From: Macrostomum lignano
Lineage: Eukaryota
DNA length: 64,000 nt
Direction: 5' to 3'
NCBI GenBank assembly: GCA_002269645.1
Contig: NIVC01000089.1
Location: 868,001-932,000 of the forward strand
Shown here piece by piece: positions 36,407 through 50,400 of the stretch; the stretch's first letter is position 1, and every line of letters starts with the position of its first letter. Under the pieces are notes generated by a model, which did no database searches, was not told where the DNA came from, and was given only the letters and a program-made list of their open reading frames with translations. The position numbers and the translations under genes were made by a program.

Positions 36407-39400
36407 TCAGGCCTCCCTGGAGTTCAGGTAGCTGGCATAGATCTTCACAATGCAGGCAGACATGGGCACCAGCATCCGGTCCCAGGTCTTCTGTCTCGCT
36501 TTTGTCGCGCGCATCAGCGTCGAGGTCTCCTTGGCGGCGGCCCGGTAGGTGGCCAGAAACTGCTCAACATCGTTGCAAGTCCAGCCGGCCTGAGACCACG
36601 GCTCCACCAGCTGCTCGACGGTGTCCAGGAAGAAGTCGCGCGTGTCCTTCGATGTTGTCAGGCTGAGAGCCAGCTGGGTGAGCCGGCGCAGCAGCTGCTT
36701 GTGACCCGCCTATTGTCAAATTGGGAAAGTACACGAGTTGCACTTTTATAAATAATGTACTCTAACGCAATGTACTCCAAACTGTATTTTCATAAGTTAA
36801 TGCAATTTTAACAAGGAAACACGGGGTTGCAGCCCAGTGGTCAGAGCGTCAGACTCACGACTGAAAGGTCGGGGGTTCGATTCTCGACCCACTCGGAAAA
36901 ATTTGAGTCCTTGAGCAAGACACTTAGCTCTGCATTGCTTCAGTTCACCCAGCTGTAAAATGGGTGCCAGCATTAGCTGGGGTAACTGAGGCTGTGTGTG
37001 GCGACCCCCCAGTCCTTGGACTGAACCAGTGGTCCCAGCAAGTAGGTCACTGGTTTTTCGCGCCATTCTATTTTTTTGCGCCTAGCTTAAAGTCACGCGG
37101 CGCGCACAACCTCGAAAACCTCCTGACAGCAAAATTTAGCATACATGTACCTCCTACACTGTTTTTAGAAATTAATGATTGCAGCAGCAAAGGATTACAA
37201 ATAAAATATTTGTAGCATTTTAGTTTTAATATTTGATTACAGTTTCAAATTTCTTAAACCACTTTAAAGCTCAATTTCAGGGAGGTTATTGACATAGATT
37301 TTTTTGCGGGATTTAATCGATCACTTTCCCGGACATATTGCAAGGATTATTGTATGTATCTAAATAAGCGAGCTTCTCTCTTCTCTTCCTTCTTGACTCG
37401 AGAAATTTATTAATGAAGTTTTGTCTATGGTAAGAATGTAAAGGCTTCGCCCCCACACCCCAGCAGGGGCTTCGCCCCCACACCCCCATCCCCAACTTCA
37501 ACTATAGACATACAAGTATGGCTCCGGGATTTATCTGAATACATCCCGCAAAATTAAAAAAGTTTAAATAATATATTCGGCTCTCGGGATTTAATCCCAT
37601 ACCGACCTCAAACCCATAGAATATCTTATACGTAATTTAAACCATAGATCGCATTCGGTCTAGATCTGGGCAGAGGCAAGGAGTTCTATAATTAGCAACC
37701 TGGAGTGGAAACGAGTTTTTCAGTTTTACCTCATGAGGCCAGACTAGCATAGACAGTCAGACAGAGCCATAGACATTCAATGCTGGCTCATTATCTTTAC
37801 AATTGGCGAGAGCCATATACATTCAGTTTTGGCTCCTTATCTTTACAATTGGCGAGAGCCATAGACATTCAGTGCTGGCTCCTTATCTTTAAAATTGGCG
37901 AGAGCCATAGACATTCAGTGCTGGCTCCTTATCTTTACAATTGGCGAGAGCCATAGACATTCAGTGCTGGCTCCTTATCTTTAAAATTGGCGAGAGCCAT
38001 AGACATTCAGTGCTGGCTCCTTATCTTTACAATTGGCGAGAGCCATAGACATTCAGTGCTGGCTCCTTATCTTTACAATTGGCGAGAGCCATAGACATTC
38101 AGTGCTGGCTCCTTATCTTTACAATTGGCGAGAGCCATAGACATTCAGTGCTGGCTCCTTATCTTTACAATTGGCGAGAGCCATAGACATTCAGTGCTGG
38201 CTCCTTATCTTTACAATTGGCGAGAGCCATAGACATTCAGTGCTGGCTCCTTATCTTTACAATTGGCGAGAGCCATAGACATTCAGTGCTGGCTCCTTAT
38301 CTTTACAATTGGCGAGAGCCATAGACATTCAGTGCTGGCTCCTTATCTTTAAAATTGGCGAGAGCCATAGACATTCAGTGCTGGCTCCTTATCTTTAAAA
38401 TTGGCGAGAGCCATAGACATTCAGTGCTGGCTCCTTATCTTTAAAATTGGCGAGAGCCATAGACATTCAGTGCTGGCTCCTTATCTTTACAATTGGCGTG
38501 GCCTCATGAGGTAAAACTCGCTTCCGCTCCAGATTGCTAATTGTAGAACTCCTTGGCAGAGGCTACTTAGCATTAGCAACGAGTACATTTTTTTCTCGCA
38601 TTTTTCCTATGGTACTTACTGGCTCCATCGTCCCTAAAAATGTTCTAAACTTTTTTGAATATGTAAGAAAAAAGGATTAAAGAAACTGTTAGTTAAAGAA
38701 ATTAAAGAAAATTCCAATTTTGCGCCAATCAGTTGTGAAAAAAATCGCGCCATTGCTGTAAAATTTGCACATTCGCGCCTCACTGGGACCACTGCACTGA
38801 ACAGCCGCACGCAGCCTTCAGATGCGCCGCGCAATAGCTGCGGCTGAGCTGTCGGTTGCACATCTGGCCCATTAACAATTAACAAGGAAAGTTCACCGCT
38901 AAAAGTACATTTTGAATTGAAATATTGCTTAGAAAATGCACAGGAGCTTTGAACACGGTTCTACATCAAGTGGATTGCACTTTGAAATGCGGTTTAAGTG
39001 CATTTAAAAAAACACAGAATTACAGCTGGTTGTAAAAGTACACGTGCACTTGAAACTGTTGAATTGCACTTTAGAAGCAGGGCTGAAGATTCTCACCTCG
39101 AAATCAGCCATAGCTGTCTGGCTGAGCGGCGCCAGCTGCAATTTTGAAGCCAATTGGCCGCGAATCTCTTCAAGCGCCTCGCGCTCGCCCATGGCTTTCA
39201 GCTCTTTGAGGTCGCGCAGGAAATTGGCGTCAAGGTCCTGGTCCATGTCCTGGCTAGCGCAGTCCTTGCTGGAGTAGGACCAGTGCGCGATCATCTGGTT
39301 GGCGCAGTGGGCGAAGTCGTTGAATGACAAGAAGCCGAGCTTTCGCTTGCTGGTCTCGAAGCGCTGATTGGTGAGGAAGACGGCCGCGGCGTACTCTTTG

Positions 39401-41383
39401 GCCAGGTGCTCGGGCAGGAGGAACAGCGCTCGGATGTTGCCCACTAGCGAGCCCTGCGGGTGGCGCAGTTTGAGCCACTTCGGAACGTGGGAGCGATTCT
39501 AGGGCCGTGGGAGGGGGCGGTTTTTGAGGCGATGGTAGGGGGCGGTTTTTGAGGCGATGGTAGGGGGCGGTTTTTGAGGTGATGGTAGGGGGCGGTTTTT
39601 GAGGCGATGGTAGGGGGCGGTTTTTGAGGCGATGGTAGGGGGCGGTTTTTGAGGTGATGGTAGGGGGCGGTTTTTGAGGCGATGGTAGGGGGCGGTTTTC
39701 GAAGTGATGGTAGGGGGCGGTTTTTGAGGTGATGGTACGGGGCGGTTTTTGAGGCGATGGTAGGGGGTGGTTTTTGAGGCGATGGTAGGGGGCGGTTTTT
39801 GAGGTGATGGTAGGGGGCGGTTTTTGAGGCGATGGTAGGGGGCGGTTTTCGAAGTGATGGTAGGGGGCGGTTTTTGAGGTGATGGTACGGGGCGGTTTTT
39901 GAGGCGATGGTAGGGGTGGTTTTTGAGGCGATGGTAGGGGGCGGTTTTTGAGGCGATGGTAGGGGGCGGTTTTTGAGGCGATGGTAGGGGGCGGTTTTGA
40001 GGCGATGGTAGGGGGCGGTTTTTGAGGTGATGGTACGGGGCGGTTTTTGAGGTGATGGTAGGGGGCGGTTTTTGAGGCGATGGTAGGGGGCGGTTTTTGA
40101 GGTGATGGTAGGGGGCGGTTTTTGAGGTGATGGTAGGGGGCGGTTTTTGAGGCGATGGTAGGGGGCGGTTTTTGAGGCGATTGTAGGAGGCGGTTTTTGA
40201 GGTGATGGTACGGGGCGGTTTTTGAGGTGATGGTAGGGGGCGGTTTTTGAGGCGATGGTACGGGGCGGTTTTTGAGGCGAGGGTAGGGGGCGGTTAAGGC
40301 GATGGTAGGGGGCGGTTTTTGAGGCGATGGTAGGGGGCAATTTTGGGGGCGAAGGTAAGGGCGGTTCCAGGGGCGGCTTTTCTGACGGATAAGAGAGCGA
40401 AAAAGTGAAAATAAAAAAGTTGCGAGCACCTTAAGCTCTTCGACAGCCTTGAAGACGCGGCGAAGATTGTCGAACTGTCTTCTGCACGAGACTAAGGCGA
40501 GGCTGTTCCTCTCGGCCGTGTCCTCCAAGTCTCGCCGAGTTTTTGAGTTTAACTTTTTCCCAAGCAGGTCGCGCACAACGGGAGCATCAAACTGGTAATA
40601 CAGCTCGATGAGGCGGCGGACTGCGGACTCGCGAACCGGGAAGAGGCAGGCGTCTTGAAGCCGGTCGGGCACCTGGAGTGGTGGAGGAATTTAAGGCTGT
40701 CACAGTGAGACTGGCGGTGAAACTTCAAAGCATGCTGTCACAGTGAGGGTGAAACATCAAAGCATATTGTCACAGTGAGGCTGGCGGTGAAACATCAAAG
40801 CATGCTGTCACAGTGAGACTGGCGGTGAAACATCAAAGCATGCTGTCACAGTGGCGGTGAAACATCAAAGCATGCTGTCACAGTGAGACTGGCGGTGAAA
40901 CATCAAAGCATGCTGTCACAGTGGCGGTGAAACATCAAAGCATGCTGTCACAGTGGCGGTGAAACATCAAAGCATACTGTCACAGTGAGGCTGGCGGTGA
41001 AACATCAAAGCATGCTGTCACAGTGAGGCTGGCGGTGAAACTTCAAAGCATGCTGTCACAGTGAGGCTGGCGGTGAAACTTCAAAGCATGCTGTCACAGT
41101 GAGGCTGGCGGTGAAACATCAAAGTTGATAGCGACCTACCAAATAGACAGACAACAATTATCAACATTTTTCGCACCTGCAGATGCCGCTCCAGCAGGTC
41201 AAACACCCTGTACTCGTTAGCGATCTCGCAGCGCAGCATATCGATGGAACCCGGACAGGTCTTGAGAGCCCCAGCCCTGGTCAGCACCTGGGCCGCCTCC
41301 GCCGGCGCCAGGCCGTTCACCCAGGTCCTGTAGGCGTCCCAGTCTATGCGCAGTTCGCCAGTCACAGAGATGTCCAGGTTCAT
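36407..41383 (-). CDS. FIBP: Acidic FGF intracellular-binding protein (FIBP), 4 exons, 369 aa
   Basis: Exons 41383-41177, 40672-40430, 39453-39097, 36709-36407; all phase 0, GT-AG. Motifs LIELYYQFDAPVVRDLLGKKL, SCRRQFDNLRRVFKAVEE, GSLVGNIRALFLLPEHLAKEYAAAVFLTNQRFETSKRKL, DMDQDLDANFLRDLKELK, RDFFLDTVEQLVEP match human FIBP along its whole length. Confidence 0.95.
36823..36970 (+). mobile_element. tRNA-derived CORE-SINE in FIBP intron 3 (antisense to FIBP); 3' end undefined
   Basis: tRNA-like head with A-box (tggtcagagcg) and B-box (ggttcgattct), followed by ccttgagcaagacacttagctctgcattgcttcagttcacccagctgtaaaatggg, which matches the MIR CORE consensus ccttgggcaagttacttaacctctctgtgcctcagtttcctcatctgtaaaatggg. 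Confidence 0.8.
37677..38555. mobile_element. Non-autonomous TIR DNA transposon (P/Galileo-like) with internal 46-bp tandem array
   Basis: TIRs 37677-37740 and 38500-38555 match at 52/56 positions, plus an 8-nt insertion in the left arm. Termini CAAGGAG...CTCCTTG. 7-bp TSD GCAGAGG at 37670-37676 and 38556-38562. About 15 copies of aattggcgagagccatagacattcagtgctggctccttatctttac inside. Confidence 0.85.
39510..40340. repeat. 25-bp minisatellite gggggcggtttttgaggcgatggta, ~33 copies
   Basis: Read directly; FIBP intron 2. Confidence 0.96.
40695..41122. repeat. ~38-bp minisatellite gctgtcacagtgaggctggcggtgaaacatcaaagcat, ~11 copies
   Basis: Read directly; FIBP intron 1. Confidence 0.94.
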
Positions 41384-41429
41384 GCAGGGTGGGGGGTACA
41401 CTGTCTGAAATGCCGGCGACTGCTGCTGA

Positions 41430-44400
41430 GTGTGGCTGCTGATTGCTGATGAGTCTGTGTGATTGCTGATGAGTCTGTGATGATTGCTGATGAGTCTGTG
41501 TGATTGCTGATGAGTCTGTGATGATTGCTGATGAGTCTGTGATGATTGCTGATGAGTCTGCGATGATTTCTGATGAGTCTGTGTGATGATTGCTGATGAG
41601 TCTGTGTGATGATTGCTGATGAGTCTGTGATGATTGCTGATGAGTCTGTGATGATTGCTGATGAGTCTGTGATGATTGCTGATGAGTCTGTGTGATGATT
41701 GCTGATGAGTCTGTGTGATGATTGCTGATGAGTCTGTGATGATTGCTGATGAGTCTGTGTGATGATTGCTGATGAGTCTGTGTGATGATTGCTGATGAGT
41801 CTGTGATGATTGCTGATGAGTCTGTGTGATGATTGCTGATGAGTCTGTGATGATTGCTGATGATGAGTCTGTGTGATGATTGCTGATGATGAGTCTGTGT
41901 GATGATTGCTGATGAGTCTGTGGGAGGATTGCTGATGAGTCTGTGATGATTGCTGATGAGTCTGTCATGAATGCTGATGAGTCTGTGTGATGATTGCTGA
42001 TGAGTCTGTGATGATTGCTGATGAATCTGTGTGATGATTGCTGATGATGAGTCTGTGATGTTTGCTGATGAGTCTGTGTGATAATTGCTGATGAGTCTGT
42101 GATGATTGCTGATGAGTCTGTGTGATGATTGCTGATGAGTCTGTGATGATTGCTGATGAGTCTCTGTGATGACTGCTGATGAGTCTGTGTGATGATTACT
42201 GGTGATGAGTCTGTGATGATTGCTGATGAGTCTGTGATGATTGCTGATGAGTCTGTGTAATGATTGCTGATGAGTCTGTGATGATTGCTGATGAGTCTGT
42301 GTGATTGCTGATGAGTCTGTGATGATTGCTGATGAGTCTGTGATGATTGCTGATGAGTCTGCGATGATTTCTGATGAGTCTGTGTGATGATTGCTGATGA
42401 GTCTGTGTGATGATTGCTGATGAGTCTGTGATGATTGCTGATGAGTCTGTGATGATTGCTGATGAGTCTGTGATGATTGCTGATGAGTCTGTGTGATGAT
42501 TGCTGATGAGTCTGTGTGATGATTGCTGATGAGTCTGTGATGATTGCTGATGAGTCTGTGTGATGATTGCTGATGAGTCTGTGTGATGATTGCTGATGAG
42601 TCTGTGATGATTGCTGATGAGTCTGTGTGATGATTGCTGATGAGTCTGTGATGATTGCTGATGATGAGTCTGTGTGATGATTGCTGATGATGAGTCTGTG
42701 TGATGATTGCTGATGAGTCTGTGGGAGGATTGCTGATGAGTCTGTGATGATTGCTGATGAGTCTGTCATGAATGCTGATGAGTCTGTGTGATGATTGCTG
42801 ATGAGTCTGTGATGATTGCTGATGAATCTGTGTGATGATTGCTGATGATGAGTCTGTGATGTTTGCTGATGAGTCTGTGTGATAATTGCTGATGAGTCTG
42901 TGATGATTGCTGATGAGTCTGTGTGATGATTGCTGATGAGTCTGTGATGATTGCTGATGAGTCTGTGTGATGATTGCTGATGAGTCTGTGATTATTGCTG
43001 ATGAGTCTTTGTGGTGATTGCTCATGAGTCTGTGTGATGATTGCTGATGAGTCTGTGTGATGATTGCTGATGAGTCTGTGATGATTGCTGATGAGTCTCT
43101 GTGATGACTGCTGATGAGTCTGTGTGATGATTACTGGTGATGAGTCTGTGTGATGATTGCTGATGAGTCTGTGTGATGATTGCTGATGAGTCTGTGATGA
43201 TTGCTGATGAGTCTGTGTGATGATTGCTGATGAGTCTGTGATGATTGCTTATGAGTCTCTGTGATGATTGCTGATGAGTCTGTGTGATGATTGCTGATGA
43301 GTCTGTGATGATTGCTGATGAGTCTGTGTGATGATTGCTGATGAGTCTGTGTGATGATTGCTCATGAGTCTGTGATGATTGCTGATGAGTCTGTGTGATG
43401 ATTCTTGATGAGTCTGTGTGATGATTGCTGATGATTCTGTGGGAGGATTGCTGATGAGTCTGTGTTGATTGCTGATGAGTCTGTCATGAATGCTGATGAG
43501 TCTGTGTGATGATTGCTGATGAGTCTGTGTAATGATTGCTGATGAGTCTGTGATAATTGCTGATGACTCTGTGGAATCACTGTGGGATGATTGCTGATGA
43601 GGCTGTGATGATTGCTGATGAGGCTGTGATGATTGCTGATGAGTCTGTGATGATTGCTGATGAGTCTGTGATGATTGCTGATGAGTCTGTGATGATTGCT
43701 GATGAGTCTGTGATGATTGCTGATGAGTCTGTGTGATGATTGCTGATGAGTCTGTGATGATTGCTGATGAGTTTGTGTGATGATTGCTGATGAGTCTGTG
43801 ATGATTGCTGATGATGAGTCTGTGTGATGATTGCTGATGATGAGTCTGTGTGATGATTGCTGATGAGTCTGTGATGATTGCTGATGAGTCTGTGTGATGA
43901 TTGCTGATGAGTCTGTGGGAGGATTGCTGATGAGTCTGTGATGATTGCTGATGAGTCTGTGATGATTGCTGATGAGTCTGTGTGATGATTGCTGATGAGT
44001 CTGTGTGATGATTGCTGATGATGAGTCTGTGATGATTGCTGATGAGTCTGTGTGATGATTGCTGATGAGTCTGTGATGATTGCTGATGAGTCTGTGTGAT
44101 GATTGCTGATGAGTCTGTGATGATTGCTGATGAGTCTGTGATGATTGCTGATGAGTCTGTGATGATTGCTGATGAGTCTGTGATGATTGCTGATGAGTCT
44201 GTGATGATTGCTGATGAGTCTGTGTGATGATTGCTGATGAGTCTGTGATGATTGCTGATGAGTTTGTGTGATGATTGCTGATGAGTCTGTGATGATTGCT
44301 GATGATGAGTCTGTGTGATGATTGCTGATGATGAGTCTGTGTGATGATTGCTGATGAGTCTGTGATGATTGCTGATGAGTCTGTGTGATGATTGCTGATG

Positions 44401-47400
44401 AGTCTGTGGGAGGATTGCTGATGAGTCTGTGATGATTGCTGATGAGTCTGTCATGAATGCTGATGAGTCTGTGTGATGATTGCTGATGAGTCTGTGATGA
44501 TTGCTGATGAGTCTGTGTGATGATTGCTGATGATGAGTCTGTGTGATGATTGCTGATGATGAGTCTGTGTGATGATTGCTGATGATGAGTCTGTGTGATG
44601 ATTGCTGATGAGTCTGTGATGATTGCTGATGAGTCTGTGTGATGATTGCTGATGAGTCTGTGATGATTGCTGATGAGTCTGTGTAATGATTGCTGATGAG
44701 TCTGTGTGATGATTGCTGATGAGTCTGTGGAATCACTGTGGGATGATTCCTGATGAGTCTGTGAGTCTGTGTGATGATTGCTGATGAGTCTGTGTAATGA
44801 TTGCTGATGAGTCTGTGATGATTGCTGATTAGTCTGTAATGATTGCTGATGAGTCTGTGATGATTGCTGATGAGTCTGTGATGATTGCTGATGAGTCTGT
44901 GATGATTGCTGATGAGTCTGTGTGATGATTGCTGATGAGTCTGTGATGATTGCTGATGAGTCTGTGATGATTGCTGATGAGTCTGTCATGAATGCTGATG
45001 AGTCTGTGTGATGATTGCTGATGAGTCTGTGATGATTGCTGATGAGTCTGTGTGATGATTGCTGATGAGTCTGTGATGATTGCTGATGAGTCTGTCATGA
45101 ATGCTGATGAGTCTGTGTGATGATTGCTGATGAGTCTGTGATGATTGCTGATGAGTCTGTGTGATGATTGCTGATGAGTCTGTGATGATTGCTGATGAGT
45201 CTGTGATGATTGCTGATGAGTCTGTGATGATTGCTGATGATGAGTCTGTGTGATGATTGCTGATGAGTCTGTGTGATGATTGCTGATGAGTCTGTGATGA
45301 TTGCTGATGAGTCTGTGTGATGATTGCTGATGAGTCTGTGGGGATTGCTGATGAGTCTGTGATGATTGCTGATGAGTCTGTCATGAATGCTGATGAGTCT
45401 GTGTGATGATTGCTGATGAGTCTGTGATGATTGCTGATGAGTCTGTGATGATTGCTGATGAGTCTGTGATGATTGCTGATGAGTCTGTGATGATTGCTGA
45501 TGAGTCTCTGTGATGACTGCTGATGAGTCTGTGTGATGATTACTGGTGATGAGTCTGTGTGATGATTGCTGATGAGTCTGTGTGATGATTGCTGATGAGT
45601 CTGTGATGATTGCTGATGAGTCTGTGTGATGATTGCTGATGAGTCTGTGATGATTGCTTATGAGTCTCTGTGATGATTGCTGATGAGTCTGTGTGATGAT
45701 TGCTGATGAGTCTGTGATGATTGCTGATGAGTCTGTGTGATGATTGCTGATGAGTCTGTGTGATGATTGCTGATGAGTCTGTGATGATTGCTGATGAGTC
45801 TGTGTGATGATTCTTGATGAGTCTGTGTGATGATTGCTGATGAGTCTGTGTGATGATTGCTGATGAGTCTGTGATGATTGCTTATGAGTCTCTGTGATGA
45901 TTGCTGATGAGTCTGTGTGATGATTGCTGATGAGTCTGTGATGATTGCTGATGATGAGTCTGTGTGATGATTGCTGATGATGAGTCTGTGTGATGATTGC
46001 TGATGAGTCTGTGATGATTGCTGATGAGTCTGTGTGATGATTGCTGATGAGTCTGTGGATGATTGCTGATGAGTCTGTGATGATTGCTGATGAGTCTGTG
46101 ATGATTGCTGATGAGTCTGTGTGATGATTGCTGATGAGTCTGTGTGATGATTGCTGATGATGAGTCTGTGATGATTGCTGATGAGTCTGTGTGATGATTG
46201 CTGATGAGTCTGTGATGATTGCTGATGAGTCTGTGTGATGATTGCTGATGAGTCTGTGATGATTGCTGATGAGTCTGTGATGATTGCTGATGAGTCTGTG
46301 ATGATTGCTGATGAGTCTGTGATGATTGCTGATGAGTCTGTGATGATTGCTGATGAGTCTGTGTGATGATTGCTGATGAGTCTGTGATGATTGCTGATGA
46401 GTTGTGTGATGATTGCTGATGAGTCTGTGATGATTGCTGATGATGAGTCTGTGTGATGATTGCTGATGATGAGTCTGTGTGATGATTGCTGATGAGTCTG
46501 TGATGATTGCTGATGAGTCTGTGTGATGATTGCTGATGAGTCTGTGGAGATTGCTGATGAGTCTGTGATGATTGCTGATGAGTCTGTCATGAATGCTGAT
46601 GAGTCTGTGTGATGATTGCTGATGAGTCTGTGATGATTGCTGATGAGTCTGTGTGATGATTGCTGATGATGAGTCTGTGTGATGATTGCTGATGATGAGT
46701 CTGTGTGATGATTGCTGATGATGAGTCTGTGTGATGATTGCTGATGAGTCTGTGATGATTGCTGATGAGTCTGTGTGATGATTGCTGATGAGTCTGTGAT
46801 GATTGCTGATGAGTCTGTGTGATGATTGCTGATGAGTCTGTGGATTACTGTGATGATTCTGATGAGTCTGTGAGTCTGTGTGATGATTGCTGATGAGTCT
46901 GTGTATGATTGCTGATGAGTCTGTGATGATTGCTGATGAGTCTGTGATGATTGCTGATGAGTCTGTGATGATTGCTGATGAGTCTGTGATGATTGCTGAT
47001 GAGTCTGTGATGATTGCTGATGAGTCTGTGTGATGATTGCTGATGAGTCTGTGATGATTGCTGATGAGTCTGTGATGATTGCTGATGAGTCTGTGTGATG
47101 ATTGCTGATGAGTCTGTGTGATGATTGCTGATGAGTCTGTGATGATTGCTGATGAGTCTGTGATGATTGCTGATGAGTCTGTGATGATTGCTGATGAGTC
47201 TGTGATGATTGCTGATGAGTCTGTGATGATTGCTGATGAGTCTGTGATGATTGCTGATGAGTCTGTGATGATTGCTGATGAGTCTGTGATGATTGCTGAT
47301 GAGTCTGTGTGATGATTGCTGATGAGTCTGTGATGATTGCTGATGAGTCTGTGATGATTGCTGATGAGTCTGTGATGATTGCTGATGAGTCTGTGATGAT

Positions 47401-50400
47401 TGCTGATGAGTCTGTGATGATTGCTGATGAGTCTGTGTGATGATTGCTGATGAGTCTGTGTGATGATTGCTGATGAGTCTGTGATGATTGCTGATGAGTC
47501 TGTGATGATTGCTGATGAGTCTGTGATGATTGCTGATGAGTCTGTGATGATTGCTGATGAGTCTGTGATGATTGCTGATGAGTCTGTGTGATGATTGCTG
47601 ATGAGTCTGTGATGATTGCTGATGAGTCTGTGATGATTGCTGATGAGTCTGTGATGATTGCTGATGAGTCTGTGATGATTGCTGATGAGTCTGTGATGAT
47701 TGCTGATGAGTCTGTGATGATTGCTGATGAGTCTGTGATGATTGCTGATGAGTCTGTGATGATTGCTGATGATGAGTCTGTGTGATGATTGCTGATGATG
47801 AGTCTGTGTGATGATTGCTGATGAGTCTGTGTGATGATTGCTGATGAGTCTGTGTGATGATTGCTGATGAGTCTGTGATGATTGCTGATGAGTCTGTGAT
47901 GATTGCTGATGAGTCTGTGATGATTGCTGATGAGTCTGTGTGATGATTGCTGATGAGTCTGTGTGATGATTGCTGATGAGTCTGTGATGATTGCTGATGA
48001 GTCTGTGTGATGATTGCTGATGAGTCTGTGATGATTGCTGATGAGTCTGTGATGATTGCTGATGAGTCTGTGATGATTGCTGATGAGTCTGTGATGATTG
48101 CTGATGAGTCTGTGATGATTGCTGATGAGTCTGTGATGATTGCTGATGAGTCTGTGATGATTGCTGATGAGTCTGTGATGATTGCTGATGAGTCTGTGAT
48201 GATTGCTGATGAGTCTGTGATGATTGCTGATGATGAGTCTGTGTGATGATTGCTGATGATGAGTCTGTGTGATGATTGCTGATGAGTCTGTGATGATTGC
48301 TGATGAGTCTGTGATGATTGCTGATGAGTCTGTGGATGATTGCTGATGAGTCTGTGATGATTGCTGATGAGTCTGTGATGATTGCTGATGAGTCTGTGTG
48401 ATGATTGCTGATGAGTCTGTGTGATGATTGCTGATGAGTCTGTGTGATGATTGCTGATGATGTCTGTGTGATGATTGCTGATGATGAGTCTGTGTGATGA
48501 TTGCTGATGATGAGTCTGTGTGATGATTGCTGATGAGTCTGTGTGATGATTGCTGATGAGTCTGTGATGATTGCTGATGAGTCTGTGATGATTGCTGATG
48601 AGTCTGTGATGATTGCTGATGAGTCTGTGATGATTGCTGATGAGTCTGTGTGATGATTGCTGATGAGTCTGTGTGATGATTGCTGATGAGTCTGTGATGA
48701 TTGCTGATGACTCTGTGTCTGTGATGATTGCTGATGAGTCTGTGATGATTGCTGATGAGTCTGTGATGATTGCTGATGAGTCTGTGATGATTGCTGATGA
48801 GTCTGTGATGATTGCTGATGAGTCTGTGATGATTGCTGATGAGTCTGTGATGATTGCTGATGAGTCTGTGTGATGATTGCTGATGAGTCTGTGATGATTG
48901 CTGATGAGTCTGTGTGATGATTGCTGATGAGTCTGTGATGATTGCTGATGAGTCTGTGTGATGATTGCTGATGATGAGTCTGTGATGATTGCTGATGAGT
49001 CTGTGTGATGATTGCTGATGAGTCTGTGTGATGATTGCTGATGAGTCTGTGATGATTGCTGATGAGTCTGTGATGATTGCTGATGAGTCTGTGATGATTG
49101 CTGATGAGTCTGTGTGATGATTGCTGATGAGTCTGTGTGATGATTGCTGATGAGTCTGTGATGATTGCTGATGAGTCTGTGTGATGATTGCTGATGAGTC
49201 TGTGATGATTGCTGATGAGTCTGTGTGATGATTGCTGATGAGTCTGTGATGATTGCTGATGAGTCTGTGATGATTGCTGATGAGTCTGTGATGATTGCTG
49301 ATGAGTCTGTGATGATTGCTGATGAGTCTGTGATGATTGCTGATGAGTCTGTGTGATGATTGCTGATGAGTCTGTGATGATTGCTGATGAGTCTGTGTGA
49401 TGATTGCTGATGAGTCTGTGATGATTGCTGATGAGTCTGTGTGATGATTGCTGATGATGAGTCTGTGTGATGATTGCTGATGAGTCTGTGATGATTGCTG
49501 ATGAGTCTGTGTGATGATTGCTGATGAGTCTGTGTGATTGCTGATGAGTCTGTGATGATTGCTGATGAGTCTGTGATGATTGCTGATGAGTCTGTGATGA
49601 TTGCTGATGAGTCTGTGATGATTGCTGATGAGTCTGTGTGATGATTGCTGATGAGTCTGTGTGATGATTGCTGATGATGAGTCTGTGTGATGATTGCTGA
49701 TGATGAGTCTGTGTGATGATTGCTGATGAGTCTGTGTGATGATTGCTGATGAGTCTGTGTGATGATTGCTGATGAGTCTGTGATGATTGCTGATGAGTCT
49801 GTGTATGATTGCTGATGAGTCTGTGATGATTGCTGATGAGTCTGTGGAATCACTGTGATGATTCTGATGAGTCTGTGAGTCTGTGTGATGATTGCTGATG
49901 AGTCTGTGTATGATTGCTGATGAGTCTGTGATGATTGCTGATGAGTCTGTGATGATTGCTGATGAGTCTGTGATGATTGCTGATGAGTCTGTGATGATTG
50001 CTGATGAGTCTGTGATGATTGCTGATGAGTCTGTGTGATGATTGCTGATGAGTCTGTGATGATTGCTGATGAGTCTGTGATGATTGCTGATGAGTCTGTG
50101 ATGATTGCTGATGAGTCTGTGTGATGATTGCTGATGAGTCTGTGATGATTGCTGATGAGTCTGTGTGATGATTGCTGATGAGTCTGTGATGATTGCTGAT
50201 GAGTCTGTGATGATTGCTGATGAGTCTGTGTGATGATTGCTGATGAGTCTGTGATGATTGCTGATGAGTCTGTGTGATGATTGCTGATGAGTCTGTGATG
50301 ATTGCTGATGAGTCTGTGATGATTGCTGATGAGTCTGTGATGATTGCTGATGATGAGTCTGTGTGATGATTGCTGATGAGTCTGTGTGATGATTGCTGAT

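Noticed and set aside
36823-36900. Functional tRNA gene
   Set aside because: Acceptor stem does not close, the anticodon arm is irregular, and it is fused to a CORE domain, so it is a SINE head.
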